This document shows positions 59,196-64,000 of a stretch of 64,000 nt of DNA, piece after piece; positions within the stretch are counted from its first letter, which is position 1, and each line of letters begins with the position of its first letter. A model generated the notes under the pieces. The model had not been told where the DNA came from. It saw nothing but the letters and a program-made list of their open reading frames with translations, and ran no database searches. This DNA comes from Chloroflexota bacterium (GTDB lineage Bacteria > Chloroflexota > UBA11872 > VXOZ01). The translations under genes were made by a program, and so were the position numbers. The stretch is from the NCBI GenBank assembly GCA_964291655.2, contig OZ219802.1:1568001-1632000 (forward strand), written 5' to 3'.

Positions 59196-59873
59196 CTAAC
59201 CATGGTGTCCTCTCGCAGCAGACCAGGCGCGCTGCGCCCGCGTCCATAGTTGCAGCCACAATATGCCGATACAATACGCTCCAATTACGTCGCTCGGCCA
59301 GTGAACGCCGAGGTACACGCGGGAGATGCCAACGAGCGCGATCATCGTAAGCATGCAAGCGGCTCCAACCCCGCGCACCCAAGGCTGGCGGGCGTTTTTC
59401 CAGATAAGCCAGGCAAGGAAGCCGTAGAAGATCGTAAATGACTGCGCATGGCCGCTGGGAAAGGCAAATGTGTCCACGCCAAGGGCGGCCATTTCCTCTG
59501 GCGGCAGGGCCGGACGGGGACGCGCAATGAGCGCCTTGAGCGCCTGGTTGAGCAGATGCCCAAAGAGCGCCGCTGCTGCCAGGACAACCGCCTCTTGCCG
59601 CCAGCCGAAAACCCCAAGCAACACGACTACGGCAATAGTCGTCGGCGCGGCAATGCGAAACCAGCCGATGGCGCTGACGCCATGCAAGACAGGATCGAGC
59701 AACGGCAACCGCCAGGACTGAATTGCTTCCCCCAACGGAACATCCAGGGAAAAAGGGTCTCCCTGTAGCGCACCGAAACTCAGGACGAGCACAACGACGA
59801 AGAGCGCGAGTTCTGGAGTCCAGGGGCGCGCCCGCACGTAGCAGCGCAGGAATTCACGGAAACTCTCAGCCAT
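59196..59873 (-). CDS. PAP2-family phosphatase
   Basis: K....RPRP, FPSGH, SRVYLGVHWPSDV. Confidence 0.93.
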   Translation of the reverse strand: MAESFREFLRCYVRARPWTPELALFVVVLVLSFGALQGDPFSLDVPLGEAIQSWRLPLLDPVLHGVSAIGWFRIAAPTTIAVVVLLGVFGWRQEAVVLAAAALFGHLLNQALKALIARPRPALPPEEMAALGVDTFAFPSGHAQSFTIFYGFLAWLIWKNARQPWVRGVGAACMLTMIALVGISRVYLGVHWPSDVIGAYCIGILWLQLWTRAQRAWSAARGHHG

Positions 59874-60543
59874 CGCGACTCTCTCGCGGCGGTACGTGCT
59901 CCGCCCGGTTGGCAGCTTCGGCTTCCAGTTCCGCGGCTTTCTCCGGCTGGCCGGTCTTCAGGTAGTAAGCAATTTTCTTTTGGTTGATGAAGTTCTGGTT
60001 GTAGGCAATCCAGTCCCGATGGTACGTCTCGTTCACCATACGGTCCATGATCGCTTGCCAATCGGCGTCGTTCAGCCACGCCATGCAGGGCACGAGCAGC
60101 GCCGCCCATGCTGTGGTCAGTAGCAGGCCCGCGAGAAGTGTGGGGACGATCGCCTGCAGCAACGTGGCAAGGGAGAGCATGCTGCGGAGGTTCGCCGACT
60201 CGCCGGCATCAACGCCGGCGGTGATCAGCTCTGTGAACAGCAAGCCGAGCGGCAAGCAGAGTACGAGCAGCACCGCAGCCCCGGTGACGAGACCGAAGTC
60301 ATTGCGCCGGCTGACGCGTTGATTGGCGAGCGCCGCCGCCGCGCCTGCCAAACTCAAGTAAAGCACGGCGCCGCAGCCTATCCAGAGCAAGGGGGCCGTC
60401 AGCCATGACAGCCAACGACTGAGGAGCAGAGCGCCCGCCCAAACACCGGCCGGAAGCGCAATGCCCGCGAGCAGGCCGCTCAGGCCGACACGCCACGCTG
60501 CCGAGTATTCAAGCTGGATGCGGTGCCGCAGGTAATCGTACAC
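59866..60543 (-). CDS. Hypothetical membrane protein (about 4 TM)
   Basis: Hydrophobic segments; stop overlaps the PAP2 start. Confidence 0.7.
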   Translation of the reverse strand: MYDYLRHRIQLEYSAAWRVGLSGLLAGIALPAGVWAGALLLSRWLSWLTAPLLWIGCGAVLYLSLAGAAAALANQRVSRRNDFGLVTGAAVLLVLCLPLGLLFTELITAGVDAGESANLRSMLSLATLLQAIVPTLLAGLLLTTAWAALLVPCMAWLNDADWQAIMDRMVNETYHRDWIAYNQNFINQKKIAYYLKTGQPEKAAELEAEAANRAEHVPPRESRDG

Positions 60544-60676
60544 TCAGGAATGCTTCCGCACTTCTTCTCTGTACGTTGACGTGCGCAAGGCTGCCGCAGC
60601 GAGGAAGGTGGCCGGTACGCACGCATCAATGCCATTAGCCGAGGCGAGAACTGTGCTCGTCAACGCTTGGTGAAAA

Positions 60677-61471
60677 TTAGGCTTTGCTCAGCAGGTTGCG
60701 CAGTGTATCGCCCTGATCCCGCAGCCAGTCATGGATGATGTTGATGTCGGTGCCTATGCAGAAGTGGGTTACGCCCATGTCGAGGAAGCGCTGGGCCTGG
60801 TCAACCGAGTTGAACTCGGCGCGGGGCGGAATGCCCTTCGCCAAACACGTCTCGAACACCTTCTTCTCAGCGGCTTTCACGTCCGGGTGCTGGAATTCAC
60901 CGGCCCGGCCGATGTTCATGGCGTAGTCTGCGGGACCCCACTGCACCATGTCGACACCTTTGACCTCCAGGAATTCATCCAATTGGTCCACGGCGGACTG
61001 CCGTTCGATCATGAGCGCCACCACAATGTCGTCCAGCGCTTGGGGGTAATCCGGCCCGGCGCCGTAGGACATGTACCACGCCCGGCGCATGGCCACGCCG
61101 TGAATGCCGCGTGCCTCCGGCGTATCCGCCCGCACCGCCCGCACGCACTCTTCGGCATCCGCGACAGTGCGGCTGTCGGCAAAGAGCACGCTTTGAAATC
61201 CGGCGCCAATGGCGCGCTGCGCCAGAAAGCTGCGGGGCGCTTGGTCAACCTTGATCATTGTGGATAGGTTGTGCAATTCCGCCGCCCGGCAGAAGTTTTC
61301 CAGGTCGTGCAGATTGAACGGCGCATACTCGGCGACAAATTCGACGTAGTCATAAATTCCGGTCAGGCCGATTACCTCGATCATCCCAGGCCAGGTGGTG
61401 TGCACGTGGGTGGCCAACGTTGGTTCACCGGCATTGAGTTTCTCGCGAATCCTATTCGGTTGCATGGGCAT
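60677..61471 (-). CDS. HpcH/HpaI aldolase family protein
   Basis: DYVEF.AEY, ALMIE, GVDMVQWGPAD. Confidence 0.85.
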   Translation of the reverse strand: MPMQPNRIREKLNAGEPTLATHVHTTWPGMIEVIGLTGIYDYVEFVAEYAPFNLHDLENFCRAAELHNLSTMIKVDQAPRSFLAQRAIGAGFQSVLFADSRTVADAEECVRAVRADTPEARGIHGVAMRRAWYMSYGAGPDYPQALDDIVVALMIERQSAVDQLDEFLEVKGVDMVQWGPADYAMNIGRAGEFQHPDVKAAEKKVFETCLAKGIPPRAEFNSVDQAQRFLDMGVTHFCIGTDINIIHDWLRDQGDTLRNLLSKA

Positions 61472-61598
61472 CCTCCGGCGTGAAAGTGCGCGCAGGCAAC
61501 ACGAAAACGTCCCGCGCTCGTGTCAGTATACTGCACAAGTGCGGGACTGCCAAAGGTTAGCTAGATTAAGTGTTTAGGGGTGAGGTGCGCGGCGGCGC

Positions 61599-62018
61599 TT
61601 AGGCGCTGAGGAATAGCGCGAAGAGGAATCCTTGAATTGTCACGATCAGGGCGACCGCGGCGATCAGCATGGCGCCCAAGCGGATCGTCATGCGTTGCTC
61701 CAATGCAACGAACCGCGCATCTACCGAATCGAAGCGTGCATCCACACGCATTTCCAATTCACGCAGGTCGGCTTTGGTGGCCACCCGCAACGCTTCCAGG
61801 TCGGCTTTGGTGGCTACCCGCAACGCTTCTAAGTCGGCTGTGGTGGCCATCCGCAACGCTTCTAAGTCGGCTGTGGTGGCCATGTTCGCTATGTCGGCTT
61901 TGGTGGCTAGGGCGTCGCGGGATTCGCCCAAGGCCTCAATCAGAGTTTGCGCTTGCGTCTCCGTGAAGCCTCCGGCCGCAAGCGCCGTATACGCCTTGTG
62001 GGTGTCAAGTATTGCCAT
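61599..62018 (-). CDS. DUF1640/CCDC90-family membrane-anchored coiled-coil protein with 11-aa repeats
   Basis: DTHK...L...GF...QA head, LATKADI neck, AT(T/K)ADL x4 with 11-aa period (33-bp DNA repeat), C-terminal TM. Confidence 0.85.
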   Translation of the reverse strand: MAILDTHKAYTALAAGGFTETQAQTLIEALGESRDALATKADIANMATTADLEALRMATTADLEALRVATKADLEALRVATKADLRELEMRVDARFDSVDARFVALEQRMTIRLGAMLIAAVALIVTIQGFLFALFLSA

Positions 62019-62111
62019 CAGTTATTGCTCCTTGTAGTTTCTTTGCGCCGGAGAGCTTCGCTCTTCCGGAGAAGAGCGCCGGACGCGGGCGCAATCCGAC
62101 CAAGGCGCTCC

Positions 62112-63284
62112 CTAATGCACCGTGAGCATGCGCTCGAGGGAGACCACTGCCCAGTGCGCCACGTCGGGATCGACGCTCACCTGGTTCGTGACTTTGTCTT
62201 CCAGGAGGTCTTCCATCACCCACGCGACGTAGGCGGGATGGATGCGGTACATCGTGGAGCAGGGGCAAACGATGGGGTCGAGACAGAAGATCTTTTTATC
62301 GGGATTTTCGGTAACCATACGGTTGACCATGTTGATCTCGGTACCTACCGACCAGGCGGTACCGGCAGGAGCTTCGGTAATGGTCTTGAGGATGAACTCG
62401 GTAGAGCCGTTGTAGTCGGCGGCCTGCACCACTTCCATTGGGCACTCCGGATGGACGATCACGTTGACGTCCGGGTGCTGCCGGCGAGCGAACTCCACCT
62501 GCTTCACCGTAAAGCGCGTGTGCACCGAGCACCAGCCCTTCCAAAGAATTACTTTGGAGTTTTGCACGTCGGCCTCTGAATTGCCGCCCAGCACCGGCTC
62601 TGCCGGGTCCCAGACGACCATTTCATCGAGCGGGATGCCGAACTTCAGACCCGTGTTTCGGCCCAGATGCTGATCGGGGAAGAAGAGAATCTTCTCTCCC
62701 CGCGCCATCGCCCACTCGTAAACCGCGGCAGCATTGGAGGAGGTACACACAATACCGCCATGGGCGCCGCAGAACGCTTTGAGCGCCGCGGTGGAATTCA
62801 TATACGTAATCGGCACGATGGATTCACCAACGGCGTCGGTGAGCTGTTCCCAGCATTCCACGATGTCGTCGATGTCGGCCATGTCGGCCATGGAACAGCC
62901 GGCCGTGGGATTGGGCAGGATGACCGATTGATTGGAAGCGGTAAGAATATCGGCGCTTTCCGCCATGAAGTGCACGCCGCAGAAGATGATGTATTCAGCG
63001 TCGCGGCGGTTTGCGGCAAACGTGGCGAGCTTATACGAATCACCGCGCAGGTCGGCGTACTTAATCACCTCATCGCGTTGGTAATGGTGCCCGAGGATGA
63101 GCACGCGCTCGCCGAGTTCCTGCCGGACGGCAGCGATGCGTTGGTCTAGCTCCTCTGCAGGCAACTGCAGGTAGTGCTTTGGAATCGGCTCATTCTCGCG
63201 ACCGGCACTGCGCCGGCTGCGCAACAAGAGTCGGTGAATTCGCCGGTACTCACGCGGCGATAGCGCGTCCGCCGTGGCTGCCAT
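62112..63284 (-). CDS. nadA: Quinolinate synthase
   Basis: LGHHYQ, GDS, FCGVHFMAE, AGCSMA, CTSSN, PDQHLG, CSVH, HPEC, GTE, CSTM. Confidence 0.96.
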   Translation of the reverse strand: MAATADALSPREYRRIHRLLLRSRRSAGRENEPIPKHYLQLPAEELDQRIAAVRQELGERVLILGHHYQRDEVIKYADLRGDSYKLATFAANRRDAEYIIFCGVHFMAESADILTASNQSVILPNPTAGCSMADMADIDDIVECWEQLTDAVGESIVPITYMNSTAALKAFCGAHGGIVCTSSNAAAVYEWAMARGEKILFFPDQHLGRNTGLKFGIPLDEMVVWDPAEPVLGGNSEADVQNSKVILWKGWCSVHTRFTVKQVEFARRQHPDVNVIVHPECPMEVVQAADYNGSTEFILKTITEAPAGTAWSVGTEINMVNRMVTENPDKKIFCLDPIVCPCSTMYRIHPAYVAWVMEDLLEDKVTNQVSVDPDVAHWAVVSLERMLTVH

Positions 63285-63335
63285 GCGTGCCTATTCCCTC
63301 TTTCCCCCCTGCAGGAGCGCCACATCTTTATCCTC

Positions 63336-63373
63336 TGTGAAAGCGCTCACCACAGCCTTGCTTGCATTATACA
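63336..63373 (-). promoter_or_regulatory. nadA promoter (-10 TATAAT) with downstream TGTGA-N6-TCACA-like box
   Basis: ATTATA at 63366-63371; TGTGA-AAGCGC-TCACC at 63336-63351. Confidence 0.5.
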
Positions 63374-63818
63374 CTACTGCGGCGGCAAATCGACCACGAT
63401 CGTTGCTGCTGATCTGAGACTCCGGATGACTTGGAGGCGTGTCTCGGTGGCAGCCATCCAATGTCACATGAATAGGTTGGATTCCGCCAGCTACTGAGAA
63501 AGTAGACCGACCCTAACTATGCAGCGTGCCATTCACGGTGACCGCTTTCACGCATTGAGCGTCGAGCGAGAGAGGAAAATAAACCCTAGGCGTTGTGCAT
63601 GGCAGGGGCTTTGGGCCGATGCTTCACGTGCGCTGGTGGTCCTGTGCGTGCAAACCCACTGCGCAAGCGTGGGCCATGAGGACAACCCAGCGTGTCGAGC
63701 CGCCCGACCTGCGTACGTGCGGATTAGGCCGTTGGCTACCGGAGTCTGGAGGGGCAGATGGAGGCCGACGCGAGGAACTAAATAGGAGACACGTACACGC
63801 AGCCAACCCAATGGAATT

Positions 63819-64000
63819 CTAAGGAGCGGGTATGTCCTGTATTTGCCTATCCGCGGCGCGCATCAATTCCAAGCCCTGCACCACGATTTCCATCTGCTCC
63901 AATTCAAGAATGTCCGCCATCAACTGTAGTCGCTCCCGACGTATTCTCCAGAAGCGCTTTAACGCGTGCCGTCCTTTGTCGGTCAGTCTGCAGATGACGA
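63819..64000 (-). CDS. 3' end of a probable MarR-family regulator (truncated by the window)
   Basis: Manual translation VICRLTDKGRHALKRFWRIRRERLQLMADIL...; LTDKG wing motif; stop at 63819. Confidence 0.65.
   Translation of the reverse strand, partial: VICRLTDKGRHALKRFWRIRRERLQLMADILELEQMEIVVQGLELMRAADRQIQDIPAP

Noticed and set aside
63285-63360. NAD+ riboswitch in the nadA leader
   Set aside because: Only a GAGCGC/GCGCTC stem is visible; I cannot match the conserved nadA-motif nucleotides without an Rfam search
63380-63815. Small ORFs or ncRNA between nadA and the MarR-like gene
   Set aside because: No motif, RBS or convincing structure

Overview
GC-rich bacterial chromosomal segment. The gene set (caa3-type cta operon, RNase J-FtsK, DUF151, split NAD synthetase) suggests Chloroflexota, but this is inference. 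It holds about 48 mostly housekeeping or catabolic CDSs (lysC, argB, rsmI, nadE plus glutaminase, fhs, UDG, dapA, fabF-like, ftsK, rnj, leuB, aroQ, parA/parB, ctaC-D-E-IV-G, nadA), one tRNA-Thr(CGT) and one GNAT pseudogene. Many intergenic spaces are filled by a nested set of small mobile DNA: at least five families of REP-like palindromes, two or three MITE families that insert into and carry those palindromes, 14-25 bp micro-inserts inside the hairpins, and two 1265-bp IS481 copies that both sit in the centre of the same palindrome family. Two AT-richer two-gene islets are candidate uncharacterised toxin-antitoxin/defence modules: a SAMHD1-like HD phosphohydrolase with a YwgA/DarG-C-like partner, and a PaREP1-type HEPN protein with a small Rad52-like protein. 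TGTGA-N6-TCACA boxes lie in front of ctaD, nadA and the glutaminase-nadE operon. No CRISPR array or rRNA was seen.
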